Source of the DNA: Rhodobacteraceae bacterium UBA2553
GTDB taxonomy: Bacteria > Pseudomonadota > Alphaproteobacteria > Rhodobacterales > Rhodobacteraceae
DNA: 24,000 bases
Direction: 5' to 3'
NCBI GenBank assembly: GCA_002340515.1
Contig: DDMF01000117.1
Span: 8,088-32,087 of the forward strand
Of the stretch, positions 14,449-22,888 are shown one piece after another. The notes under the pieces were generated by a model, which was given only the letters and a program-made list of their open reading frames with translations, searched no databases and was not told where the DNA came from. A program made the position numbers and the translations under genes. Each line of letters starts with the position of its first letter. The stretch's first letter is position 1.

Positions 14449-15551
14449 CAAAATATGTTTGTATTTTTTGCCTAACACTCCTTCCTGCAAAGGCTATTGG
14501 AGACCGATGGGAACTTTTACCGCAAACAGAGAATTTTTGGATTAAAAGCAATGCTCACTATGAAGCAGATACCCAAAAGCGGAGTTTTTTCTATGACGCA
14601 TTTCGTTTTGACAGAATTGAGTATTCTTATGAGCTTCTCCATATGGATGAGTTACTGCAAGATTCTTACCCAGAAATTACAAGTGACTTTGTTGTTTACA
14701 ATGAAGAAAGCGATACTTCCCGTATAGTGCGCCCAAGCATGAAAGAAGCGTGGAATTATTTGTCCAACGATGAAACGATTGTTGCTCTGGTCCCTTTTGG
14801 TTTTTCTGAAGTGGCAGGCGAACCAAGCTTAGTAGGGTTTCGTAAGCAGGGAGGAGTGATTGTTAGTGGCGTCTATTCAGCGCCAAATCTAGATACCATA
14901 TTTTGCTTGGATGATGAAGATGAACATAACCGACGAGAGGACAAAGGGTTGTCAAAATATCGAGGACAAATCCCTGTGCTCTTCCCAATAGTGTTTTCTT
15001 CACGTGTTAATTATCAGTATCTAGATGATTTTGAAGACATTCACTTAGGAACAAGCTATGATTCTGATCGATTCCAAGAAACATTTGAATCATGTCCAGA
15101 TATGATTCAGATTGGATATCGCATTATTTCACCGCGAGATATTGATGTTGATGACGATTCAGATGGACGTATCTCTCATGGGAAAAGCTCCTTAGATAAA
15201 CTTCAATCGTTTGATCGTGTTGTTATGTCATATGACCGGTTCGGATATTTGAATTTTGTTAGAAGTAGGTCACCATCACATGTCCATGATTTTGGGCATC
15301 TGTTAAGTTCAAGTGCCTACTATGATGATCAAAAATGTAAGTATCGAGAAAATGGAAGCTATCCGAAAAGGTCGTTGAGTTGCGAGTTGTGGGCTGTAAG
15401 TGTTTCAGCGTTTGATGGCGCAGCTGTATTTTTACGAACACCGGGAAGTAACCAGCCAATTGTTTGGGGTGATGAGACGAGAACAAGTCCTGCGGTGCTT
15501 GTCGTTCGAGAACGAATGCCAAAGGTTACATTGCCCCTTTACTCTGACTAA
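14439..15551 (+). CDS. Hypothetical secreted protein, cargo gene B
   Basis: GGAGGA lies 6 nt upstream of the ATG. The start overlaps the gene A stop by 10 nt (ATGCAGCTAA). Signal-peptide-like MQLTKYVCIFCLTLLPAKA. I recognise no family. Confidence 0.65.
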   Translation: MQLTKYVCIFCLTLLPAKAIGDRWELLPQTENFWIKSNAHYEADTQKRSFFYDAFRFDRIEYSYELLHMDELLQDSYPEITSDFVVYNEESDTSRIVRPSMKEAWNYLSNDETIVALVPFGFSEVAGEPSLVGFRKQGGVIVSGVYSAPNLDTIFCLDDEDEHNRREDKGLSKYRGQIPVLFPIVFSSRVNYQYLDDFEDIHLGTSYDSDRFQETFESCPDMIQIGYRIISPRDIDVDDDSDGRISHGKSSLDKLQSFDRVVMSYDRFGYLNFVRSRSPSHVHDFGHLLSSSAYYDDQKCKYRENGSYPKRSLSCELWAVSVSAFDGAAVFLRTPGSNQPIVWGDETRTSPAVLVVRERMPKVTLPLYSD

Positions 15552-15600
15552 TAATGCAGAGGAGGATTTCAGATACTCCCGAACGAGCTAAGTGTGGCGT

Positions 15601-16572
15601 CTATTTTAGAATGACCGACCTTTGCTCAGGATTGTCGGGGAACACCCGCCCATTTTTCATACATTGGAAAATGTGATCGAAAACCAAGCCTGATTGACTG
15701 CTATCGTTCCCATGACGGAAGTAGTTGTGCCCTTTAGGCATATCATACTGAGTATTGATATCGTCACAATCAACTTGGAATACATTGCGTAGTGTCAGCT
15801 TAATGTTCTCAGGTCCCGTATGCCCTAACCGACGGGAAGCAATCTTGTTTTTCAGATTTGCAGCCTTGCTGGCTCTTAGCGCCAGATCGTCTGATGCGTA
15901 GTAGACTACAACATTGCGTGAAGCGTGAGCAATTAATTCACCAGTTTGACCTTCATGCAATGTTTCATTGACTACATCTGCTGCAACCATAAATGTATTG
16001 CGAAAGATTAGTGGTACACCTGAAGCTAGGTCGTATTGGTTCCAACTTCCTAGAGTTTGCCTGAGAACCCTGTTGCCCATGGAATGAGCTAATAGATTTA
16101 TACGTTTCAGGCACGGAGTAGATTCTGGTTCATTGGCGTCCGCATTTCTCCAAGCTAGGAATTTCTCTAACACGCGGGCAAATGAGTAGCCGCTTTGGTC
16201 TGCTGATTTCTGATCGTCCCAATAATCATCAACAATCCCTAAGTCGTTGTCGCAGGGCCAAATTAAAGGAACGACTAAAACCTCATTTCTTTCCTTCTTG
16301 TCACATAATTCTTGTAAATCAGAAGCCATTTCAAATACTTGAGTCGGTAAGTTGTTAAAGCCGTGCACAAATAACAAAATTTGCTTGCTCTGACATTCTT
16401 TCAAACGCTTTAAAAATTCCAGACTGCCAATTTCTGTATGATCCTCATTGCTTCCTTTTTCACAAAAGAAAACAGAATTACTTGGAGCGTTATTCTTCAA
16501 GTCGAAATTGAACTTACGCCCATTACGGGTACGAATGCTTTGTTTGGGAAATCGGTTGGTAACAAACAGCAT
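15601..16572 (-). CDS. Alpha/beta hydrolase, DUF900-like (Ser-Asp-His esterase/lipase fold), cargo gene C
   Basis: Start MLFVTNR with GGAGA upstream. Contains ILLFVHGFNN (oxyanion HG), LLAHSMGNRV (GxSxG nucleophile elbow), VVYYASDDLAL (Asp) and PKGHNYF (His). No signal peptide. Confidence 0.75.
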   Translation of the reverse strand: MLFVTNRFPKQSIRTRNGRKFNFDLKNNAPSNSVFFCEKGSNEDHTEIGSLEFLKRLKECQSKQILLFVHGFNNLPTQVFEMASDLQELCDKKERNEVLVVPLIWPCDNDLGIVDDYWDDQKSADQSGYSFARVLEKFLAWRNADANEPESTPCLKRINLLAHSMGNRVLRQTLGSWNQYDLASGVPLIFRNTFMVAADVVNETLHEGQTGELIAHASRNVVVYYASDDLALRASKAANLKNKIASRRLGHTGPENIKLTLRNVFQVDCDDINTQYDMPKGHNYFRHGNDSSQSGLVFDHIFQCMKNGRVFPDNPEQRSVILK

Positions 16573-16789
16573 AATATTTCTCCAAAATATGCAAAGGAAA
16601 ACACTCAAAATTTCCACCTAGAATAGTGCTGACTGTGGAAAATGTCATCAAAAAATCTGAATATGAGAGTGTCCAGAGGGGGATATCCATGGGGATACGG
16701 TATCCCTGAGGTAACCTATAGGTGGTGTTCAGGCATGTTTCCTTATGGGGTAGTGTGAGCAGCAGATAAACGCATTGATTGAGTCGTGA

Positions 16790-16806
16790 ATCACGGATGC
16801 CGTGAT
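16790..16806. promoter_or_regulatory. Palindrome upstream of the mobilization operon (operator candidate)
   Basis: ATCACGG-ATG-CCGTGAT, 22 nt upstream of ATG 16828. Confidence 0.3.
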
Positions 16807-16827
16807 ATTTTTGTTGGGAATTGTCTT

Positions 16828-17376
16828 ATGAAACTTGCTTTGAAGAGAGAGCAGTCCTCTGGGTCTGTGATGAGTTTGGTGCCTTTACGGATTGGGAGCG
16901 GGGTGGTGTTTAAGCTTAATGCCAGTTTGGAGCTGGATGAGGCTGAGCAGAAGCTTTTGGATAAGTACAATCTTTCTCGTGTGCCGTTGGTGACGGGCGA
17001 CTTTATTGCCGATCTGCGCAAGGGGTTTCGCCAAGCAATTGTGTTGGGGATCTTGAGCTTTGTGGCGGTTTGGTTCTTGGGCGCAGCCAATTTGGCTGTG
17101 TCCGTTGCCATGATTGTCACCATGGTGATGACGGTGATCTATTACCGCCATGAACGCGAACAGATTAACGTCAATGATCTGCTGGCCTTCGGCAGAATGT
17201 TCAAATGCGATAGCGTTGTGGCGCTGATCGAAAAAGAAGCTGCGATCACCAATATGGCCAGCTATCTGCGCCAAGTTTTGGAGAGCGCCAAATACTGGGA
17301 TGACCGGGAAGTCATCGACATTGAACCATTAGATCGTGAGCTTTTGAAACAGGCGATCCTGACCACCCGAACCTAG
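16828..17376 (+). CDS. Two-TM membrane protein, first gene of the mobilization operon
   Basis: Hydrophobic hairpin AIVLGILSFVAVWFLGAANLAVSVAMIVTMVMTVIYY. The stop is 7 nt before the next gene. The start is uncertain (GTG 16786 or ATG 16828). Confidence 0.6.
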   Translation: MKLALKREQSSGSVMSLVPLRIGSGVVFKLNASLELDEAEQKLLDKYNLSRVPLVTGDFIADLRKGFRQAIVLGILSFVAVWFLGAANLAVSVAMIVTMVMTVIYYRHEREQINVNDLLAFGRMFKCDSVVALIEKEAAITNMASYLRQVLESAKYWDDREVIDIEPLDRELLKQAILTTRT

Positions 17377-17383
17377 GGGGTAA

Positions 17384-19555
17384 GTGGTGGATAAGCGCTT
17401 TAAACTCGCCGTTGATCTGGGCCGTTTTGTCGGTGGCGGTTTTGCTTCCGCTTACAAAGGCTGGGGTGTTCGTGAGGGGATCTCGCGAGATCTTCGCCAG
17501 GGAATTGCCGATGCAAGGTTCTCTAAAGAACATGAAGCGGCTTTTGAGCTGGGCAAGCAGGTTCGCGCGCAACAGATTGCGGTGGGGATTAAAACGGACG
17601 ATGATCTCTGCGGTTGGGCTGTGCGGGTGGTGGATGCAGCCCTTAAGCTTAATGGTTGGGAGGGTGCTGCCTCGCCGTTCCGCGATCATCTGATCACCTT
17701 CATGGCAGACATGTGCGGTTATGAAGGGTGGCAGAGTATTCCGCCTCTTCCTGATCCCTCATCGCCGCAATCTGAGCTGTGGGCGTGGGAAGACAAGGCA
17801 CGCCAAATCGGGGCTTACTGCGCGGATCATGACAACGCCTCGATCCTGACTGTGCGTTATCTGGCGTCACTGATTGCGCCTTTGGTCAAAGCCTGCCCAA
17901 ACCTGATTGAACCGACTGACATGCAAGGTTCAGATCTCGCCTTTTCTGCCAATCTATCTGACATGATTGATGATATGCCTGCGCTGGTAGAACGGATAAT
18001 CCAGACGACATACGCGCCTGATCTGGAACCGCTTAAGATCTGTCACAACCTGCGCGACCATCTGCACAAGAGCACACTCATTGCCTCAGGGGGATTGCCC
18101 GGCAAAGCTAGCCGGGAACGGCAGCTTAAACTGCCTACCAAAAACAGATCGGTTGAGGCGTCTGAATGCGCGCGGGTCTATCTTGGCGGCACGCCGTTGC
18201 AGAAGCTGCTCAATCATCCGGTGCCGGTGTCTTTGCCCACAGCCACCCGATTTGAGCATATGCACATCGTGGCGGGCAGCGGTCATGGCAAAACCCAAAC
18301 GCTGCAAAGCCTGATCCTGCGGGATCTTGAGGCGGTGGCAAGCGGCGGTGCATCCATCGTGGTCATGGACAGCCAAAGTGATCTGATCAACACCATCGCG
18401 GGGCTTGATATCTTTGCGCCGGGGCAACCTCTAGCAGATCGTTTGGTGCTGATTGATCCAACAGATCTTGAATGGCCGGTTGCACTTAACCTCTTTGATG
18501 CGGGGTTAGAACGGCTAAATCAATATGCGCCCTTGGATCGCGAACGGCTGACCAATTCTATTTTAGAGCTGTATGATTTTGTGCTGGGGTCTTTGCTGGA
18601 TGCGGGCATGACGCAAAAGCAAAATGTGATCTTCCGCTATATCACCCGTTTGTTGCTGCATATTCCGGGGGCGACCATTCATACGCTGCGTGAGCTTTTA
18701 GAAGATGGTGGCGGCGACAAATACCAACCCTACATCAATCAGCTTGAAGGGTCAGCGCGGGCGTTTTTTGAAACGGAGTTCAACGGCAAAGAGTTTGTTG
18801 CCACCAAGCGCCAAGTGGTACGCCGTCTTTATGGGATTTTAGAAAACCAAACGATGGAGCGGATGTTCAGCCATCCCAAAAGCAAGCTGGATCTCTTTGC
18901 TGAGATGAATGCAGGTAAAGTGATCTTGATCAACACCGCCAAAGATCTGCTCAAAGAACAGGGAACTGAAATCTTTGGCCGCTTCTTCATTGCCCTCATT
19001 GCGCAGGCCGCACAGGAACGCGCTGTCCTGCCAAAGGAAGAGCGCACACCAACCTTTGTGTATGTGGATGAAGCCAGCGATTACTTTGACAAGAACGTCG
19101 GGATCATCCTGTCCCAAGCCCGTAAGTACAATGTCGGCATGGTGTTGGCGCATCAGTTTATGGGCCAGCTCGAACCCAGATTACAGGAAGCGATATCCGC
19201 CAATACAGCCATCAAATTTGCAGGTGGCGTGTCCGCCAAAGACGCCCGTGCGCTGGCCAATGATCTGCGCAGTGATGCGACATTCATTACTGAGCAAGCC
19301 AAGCTCAACTTCGCAGCTTTCATCAAAGGGCAAACCAAGCGGGCAATATCAATCAGCATTGCGCCGGGACAAATGGAAAGCTGCCCGCGTATGAGCAGTG
19401 AGGATCGGGCCACCCTGCAAGATGACATGCGTGCAAAATATGCGGTGCATCACTCAAAGCTGCGAGAAGATCCAAAAGGCGATGCCGAAGACGTGCAAGA
19501 CGAAGATCAATCAGAATGGCCGCAGGATGATGGCGCACCGATGCCATGGACTTAG
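17384..19555 (+). CDS. TraD/VirD4/TcpA-like P-loop ATPase (type IV coupling protein-like) lacking N-terminal TM segments
   Basis: Walker A HIVAGSGHGKTQ and Walker B TFVYVDEASDYF, then ARKYNVGMVLAHQFMGQL. The region between the Walker boxes is long and looks helical. GTG start with TAGGGGG upstream. Confidence 0.75.
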   Translation: MVDKRFKLAVDLGRFVGGGFASAYKGWGVREGISRDLRQGIADARFSKEHEAAFELGKQVRAQQIAVGIKTDDDLCGWAVRVVDAALKLNGWEGAASPFRDHLITFMADMCGYEGWQSIPPLPDPSSPQSELWAWEDKARQIGAYCADHDNASILTVRYLASLIAPLVKACPNLIEPTDMQGSDLAFSANLSDMIDDMPALVERIIQTTYAPDLEPLKICHNLRDHLHKSTLIASGGLPGKASRERQLKLPTKNRSVEASECARVYLGGTPLQKLLNHPVPVSLPTATRFEHMHIVAGSGHGKTQTLQSLILRDLEAVASGGASIVVMDSQSDLINTIAGLDIFAPGQPLADRLVLIDPTDLEWPVALNLFDAGLERLNQYAPLDRERLTNSILELYDFVLGSLLDAGMTQKQNVIFRYITRLLLHIPGATIHTLRELLEDGGGDKYQPYINQLEGSARAFFETEFNGKEFVATKRQVVRRLYGILENQTMERMFSHPKSKLDLFAEMNAGKVILINTAKDLLKEQGTEIFGRFFIALIAQAAQERAVLPKEERTPTFVYVDEASDYFDKNVGIILSQARKYNVGMVLAHQFMGQLEPRLQEAISANTAIKFAGGVSAKDARALANDLRSDATFITEQAKLNFAAFIKGQTKRAISISIAPGQMESCPRMSSEDRATLQDDMRAKYAVHHSKLREDPKGDAEDVQDEDQSEWPQDDGAPMPWT

Positions 19556-20334
19556 AGGCGGACAAGCTTGGGCGGCGGAACCGATTTAAACGCACACCGC
19601 GTGGCAAGCGGCTTAGCCTTACGCCCCGCGATCAAGAGATATTACGTTGGCTTTATCGCTATCGATATCTGCGCCAAGATCACCTGATGCGCATCCTCGC
19701 ACCAAGATCTGAAAAGCGCTTCAAAGAACGGCTGGGGGATCTGTTCCACGAAACGGGCCTGATCAATCGTCCCCTGATCCAAGCACCGCTCTTTGATGCC
19801 CGCGCCACGCCCATGCTCTATGAACTGAGCACCAAAGGGGCAGGGTATTTAGAAGCGCTGAATACTCTGCCATACCGTGCGGTCACCTTCTCCCGTCGCC
19901 AGAAAGAAGCTTACAGCCCACAGTTCCTGCACACGATGATGATCATTGAAGCGGTTCTTGAGGTGGAGCTGTCAGCGCAAGCCACAGATGGGCAAAGATT
20001 CGTATCGGTAGATGAGGTTCTATCCCGCGCCCCTGAAACAACCCAACACGCCAAGAATCCCTTGGCCGTGCCAATCAATCTCGATGGGCGTAACACCTAC
20101 ATTATCCCTGATGCACTCTACGGCGTTGAATCTGAACATGATGGCAAAAAGGTCTATCGCTTCTTTGCGCTAGAATGTGAACGCACCAGCCCCGTGTCAC
20201 GATCTAACAGCTTTGCTTCCAGTACCGCCCAAAAGGAAAAAGCATACGCAGCGCTGATTAAAGGCGGTGGGTTCAACAAACACTGGGGTATTCCAAATCT
20301 GGAACTGAACCTCATCCCCCGAAAAGGTCAGTGA
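19546..20334 (+). CDS. Replication-relaxation (Replic_Relax) family protein
   Basis: LTPRDQEILRWLYRYRYLRQDHLMRIL...LYELSTKGAGYLE...HTMMIIEAVLEVEL...IIPDALYGVE...FFALECERTS follows the Replic_Relax pattern. The start overlaps the ATPase stop by 10 nt. Confidence 0.75.
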   Translation: MDLEADKLGRRNRFKRTPRGKRLSLTPRDQEILRWLYRYRYLRQDHLMRILAPRSEKRFKERLGDLFHETGLINRPLIQAPLFDARATPMLYELSTKGAGYLEALNTLPYRAVTFSRRQKEAYSPQFLHTMMIIEAVLEVELSAQATDGQRFVSVDEVLSRAPETTQHAKNPLAVPINLDGRNTYIIPDALYGVESEHDGKKVYRFFALECERTSPVSRSNSFASSTAQKEKAYAALIKGGGFNKHWGIPNLELNLIPRKGQ

Positions 20335-20364
20335 CAGACCTTTTCCAGCGGTCTGCACCTTTTG
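20335..20364 (+). terminator. Terminator-like hairpin after the mobilization operon
   Basis: CAGACC-TTTTCCAGC-GGTCTG followed by CACCTTTTG. Confidence 0.45.
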
Positions 20365-20415
20365 AAATGCTCATAGATGAACATAGAAAATCACCTATGA
20401 ACCAACCGATTTATG

Positions 20416-20450
20416 AGACTAAAAAGAGACTAAACTCCCGCCGGGAGTTT
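20416..20450 (-). terminator. Terminator downstream of tRNA-Cys
   Basis: On the minus strand, AAACTCCCG-G-CGGGAGTTT is followed by AGTCTCTTTTTAGTCTC. It lies ~30 nt after the tRNA 3' end. Confidence 0.5.
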
Positions 20451-20480
20451 GTTCTATTCTTCTAAGTGTATGATTTTGTT

Positions 20481-20554
20481 TGGAGGCGAGTACCGGAATC
20501 GAACCGGTGTACACGGATTTGCAATCCGCTGCGTCACCACTCCGCCAACTCGCC
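20481..20554 (-). tRNA. tRNA-Cys (anticodon GCA), CCA encoded
   Basis: The reverse complement GGCGAGTTGGCGGAGTGGTGACGCAGCGGATTGCAAATCCGTGTACACCGGTTCGATTCCGGTACTCGCCTCCA folds as a cloverleaf. The acceptor GGCGAGT pairs with ACTCGCC, the T-arm is CCGGT-TCGATTC-CCGG-like, and the anticodon loop is TTGCAAA. Confidence 0.92.
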
Positions 20555-20776
20555 ATCCGTGGTGTTGGGTTTCTCTAGCGCCATTCCTAGGGGGTTGTCC
20601 AGAGGAGATCGGGTGAGAAAACAGAAAGTTTTGGTGCAAAAGTTTTGCGATTTGTGCCTGTGCGAAATGTTTAGTAAATAGTTGCTATCATGCCGCACCT
20701 AACCCCTTGTGGGATTGCCGCAAGCGGCTATCTATGGCAAAACAAGACAAATGTTTCTGACACGATAGGCTCAACT

Positions 20777-21430
20777 ATGACCGATTTTGCAGCGCGCCGC
20801 ACGATGATGGTGGACACACAAGTGCGCCCTTCCGATGTGACCAAATTCCCAATTATCGATGCGATGCTGTCTGTTCCGCGCGAAGATTTCGTACCGGACG
20901 CCAAGCGCGAAGCCGCCTATATGGGCGAAAATATTGACCTGGGCGCCGGACGTGTTGTGCTGGAACCCCGCACCTTGGCCAAGATGTTGGACGCGGTTGA
21001 CGTGCAACCCGATGAGATGGTGCTCGATCTGGGGTGTGGTCTTGGGTACAGTTCAGCCGTTTTGGCGCGGCTTGCGGATTTTGTGGTTGCGGTCGAAAGT
21101 GATGAGGCAATGGCTGGTGAAGCGCAGGCTGCATTGTCGGCCTTTGGTGCTGATAATGTCGCGGTCATTCACGGCGAACCTGCTGAAGGGAATGCCAAAA
21201 ACGGTCCTTATGATGTGATTGTGGTTGAGGGCGCCGTTGAACAGATCACTGGCGCTGTGGTGGACCAATTAAAAGACGGTGGGCGCATTGCGGCCATTTT
21301 CGCCGACGGAAAACTAGGCACCGTACGTGTAGGGTATAAGATTGATGGCCAAATGGCTTGGCGTCATTCTTTTCATGCGGGCGCTCCGGTCATGTCTGGG
21401 TTCGAAACATCGCGGACGTTTGTATTGTAA
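20777..21430 (+). CDS. pcm: Protein-L-isoaspartate O-methyltransferase
   Basis: MMVDTQVRPSDV...IIDAMLSVPREDFVP and SAM-binding VLDLGCGLGYSSAVLA. I prefer ATG 20777 over the upstream track start. Confidence 0.85.
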   Translation: MTDFAARRTMMVDTQVRPSDVTKFPIIDAMLSVPREDFVPDAKREAAYMGENIDLGAGRVVLEPRTLAKMLDAVDVQPDEMVLDLGCGLGYSSAVLARLADFVVAVESDEAMAGEAQAALSAFGADNVAVIHGEPAEGNAKNGPYDVIVVEGAVEQITGAVVDQLKDGGRIAAIFADGKLGTVRVGYKIDGQMAWRHSFHAGAPVMSGFETSRTFVL

Positions 21431-21496
21431 TACTGTTGAGGCCGCCCGCACGCGCGCAGGCATATATTGTCGAATGCAATAGGATTGGATGGAAAA

Positions 21497-22888
21497 ATGG
21501 GTATTAAATCAAAGCTGATCAGCGTTGCCGCTGTGGCCCTGATGTCGACGACCCCGATGGCCTGGGCTGAGAGCCTGTCAGATGCGATGGCATCGGCCTA
21601 TAAATCCAGTGGCCTATTGCAGCAAAATCAGGCAATTTTGCGCGCGGCGGATGAGGATGTGGCTATTTCCCTGTCTGCTCTGCGTCCGACAATCGAATAT
21701 TCCTTGAGCCATGGTTGGGCTGACACCGATGGGCGGGGACCGATCCCCGACGGGCGTCAGACAACCGCATCCTTGACCGCCAGCATGCTGCTTTACAATT
21801 TTGGTCGCGGTAAAATGGGGGTTCAGGCCTCAAAAGAGCTGGTTTTGGCCGCACGGGATACACTTGTTGGCGTCGAGCAGAATGTGCTTCTGCGATCTGT
21901 CCGGGCGTATTTGAATGTGCGTTCAGCGATTGAAAATGCGGCCCTTCAAGGCAATTCGGTACGTGTTTTGACCCAAGAATTGCGGGCCGCAAATGATCGG
22001 TTCGAGGTTGGCGAAGTGACCCAAACCGACGTGGCAATTGCGCGTGCGCGTCTTGCATCCGCGCGCTCTGGCGAAGTTTCTGCCCGTGGGCAATTGGAAA
22101 TCGCACGCGAAGAATATCGCGCGTCTGTTGGCCACTTGCCAAAAGGCCTTTCGACACCGCCGCGTTTGCCGGCAACAGCCAAGTCATTGGAGGCGGCAAA
22201 ATCTGTCGCCCGTCAGCGCCACCCGGACATTCAGGCTGCGCAGCACCAAGTTGCAGCCGCTGAAATTGGGATCAAAGTTGCCAAGACGGCCATGATGCCT
22301 TCAGTGGTCGGGCAGGCGCAGACAACCTATGGCGATACGGTTGGTGACAGCACGCCAGGCAACTTCAACAATAGCATCGGGATCACCGTGCGCGGCGAAA
22401 TTTATTCCGGTGGATTACGCTCTGCGCAATATCGAAAAGCGGTTGCTCAGGCAGAGCAGGCGCGCTCGGGCTTATACTTGTCGCGTTTGAACGTGGATCA
22501 GAATGTGGCCAATGCTTGGTCGCAGATGGCGATTGCCGCCGCACAGCTGGAAGCAACAGATCGACAGATTCGGGCCAGCCGCGTAGCATTGCGCGGTGCG
22601 CGTGAAGAAGCCACGCTTGGTTCGCGCACGACCTTGGATGTTTTGAATGCGGAGCAAGAGTTGCTGAACGCCGAAGCCGCTCGGATCTCTGCGCAGGCTG
22701 ATCGGTATTATGCTGCATATTCGCTTCTGTCAGCGATGGGGCTTTTGACGGCTGAGCATCTGAAGCTGGGCGTCGTAACCTATGATGCAGAGGCTTATTA
22801 CAACGCTGTGCGCAATGCCCCCGTGCGTCAGGTCAGCCCCCAAGGGCAAAAGCTGGACGCTATTATTGAGCTTCTCGGCAAGAATTGA
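21497..22888 (+). CDS. tolC: TolC-family outer membrane efflux / type I secretion protein
   Basis: Signal peptide MGIKSKLISVAAVALMSTTPMAWA/ES. SLSDAMASAYKSSGLLQQNQAILRAADEDV and duplicated coiled-coil halves are typical of TolC. Confidence 0.88.
   Translation: MGIKSKLISVAAVALMSTTPMAWAESLSDAMASAYKSSGLLQQNQAILRAADEDVAISLSALRPTIEYSLSHGWADTDGRGPIPDGRQTTASLTASMLLYNFGRGKMGVQASKELVLAARDTLVGVEQNVLLRSVRAYLNVRSAIENAALQGNSVRVLTQELRAANDRFEVGEVTQTDVAIARARLASARSGEVSARGQLEIAREEYRASVGHLPKGLSTPPRLPATAKSLEAAKSVARQRHPDIQAAQHQVAAAEIGIKVAKTAMMPSVVGQAQTTYGDTVGDSTPGNFNNSIGITVRGEIYSGGLRSAQYRKAVAQAEQARSGLYLSRLNVDQNVANAWSQMAIAAAQLEATDRQIRASRVALRGAREEATLGSRTTLDVLNAEQELLNAEAARISAQADRYYAAYSLLSAMGLLTAEHLKLGVVTYDAEAYYNAVRNAPVRQVSPQGQKLDAIIELLGKN

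Larger units (their letters stand above)
11170..20440. mobile_element. Putative integrative mobilizable element (recombinase + AlpA + cargo + T4CP-like ATPase + Replic_Relax); boundaries not defined
   Basis: The gene content matches IME logic, and the element abuts the 3' side of tRNA-Cys. I found no flanking direct repeat by eye, so both ends are approximate. Confidence 0.4.

Noticed and set aside
14439-15551. A faint resemblance of cargo protein B to phosphodiester glycosidase (NAGPA-like) proteins (PFGFSEVAGEPSLVGFRKQGGVIVSG; SAFDGAAVFL).
   Set aside because: It rests on two short, loosely remembered motifs and is not strong enough to annotate. A profile or structure search should test it.
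20454-20681. ORFs 20454-20639 (-) and 20466-20681 (+).
   Set aside because: They are read through the tRNA-Cys gene and its flanks, so they are artefacts.
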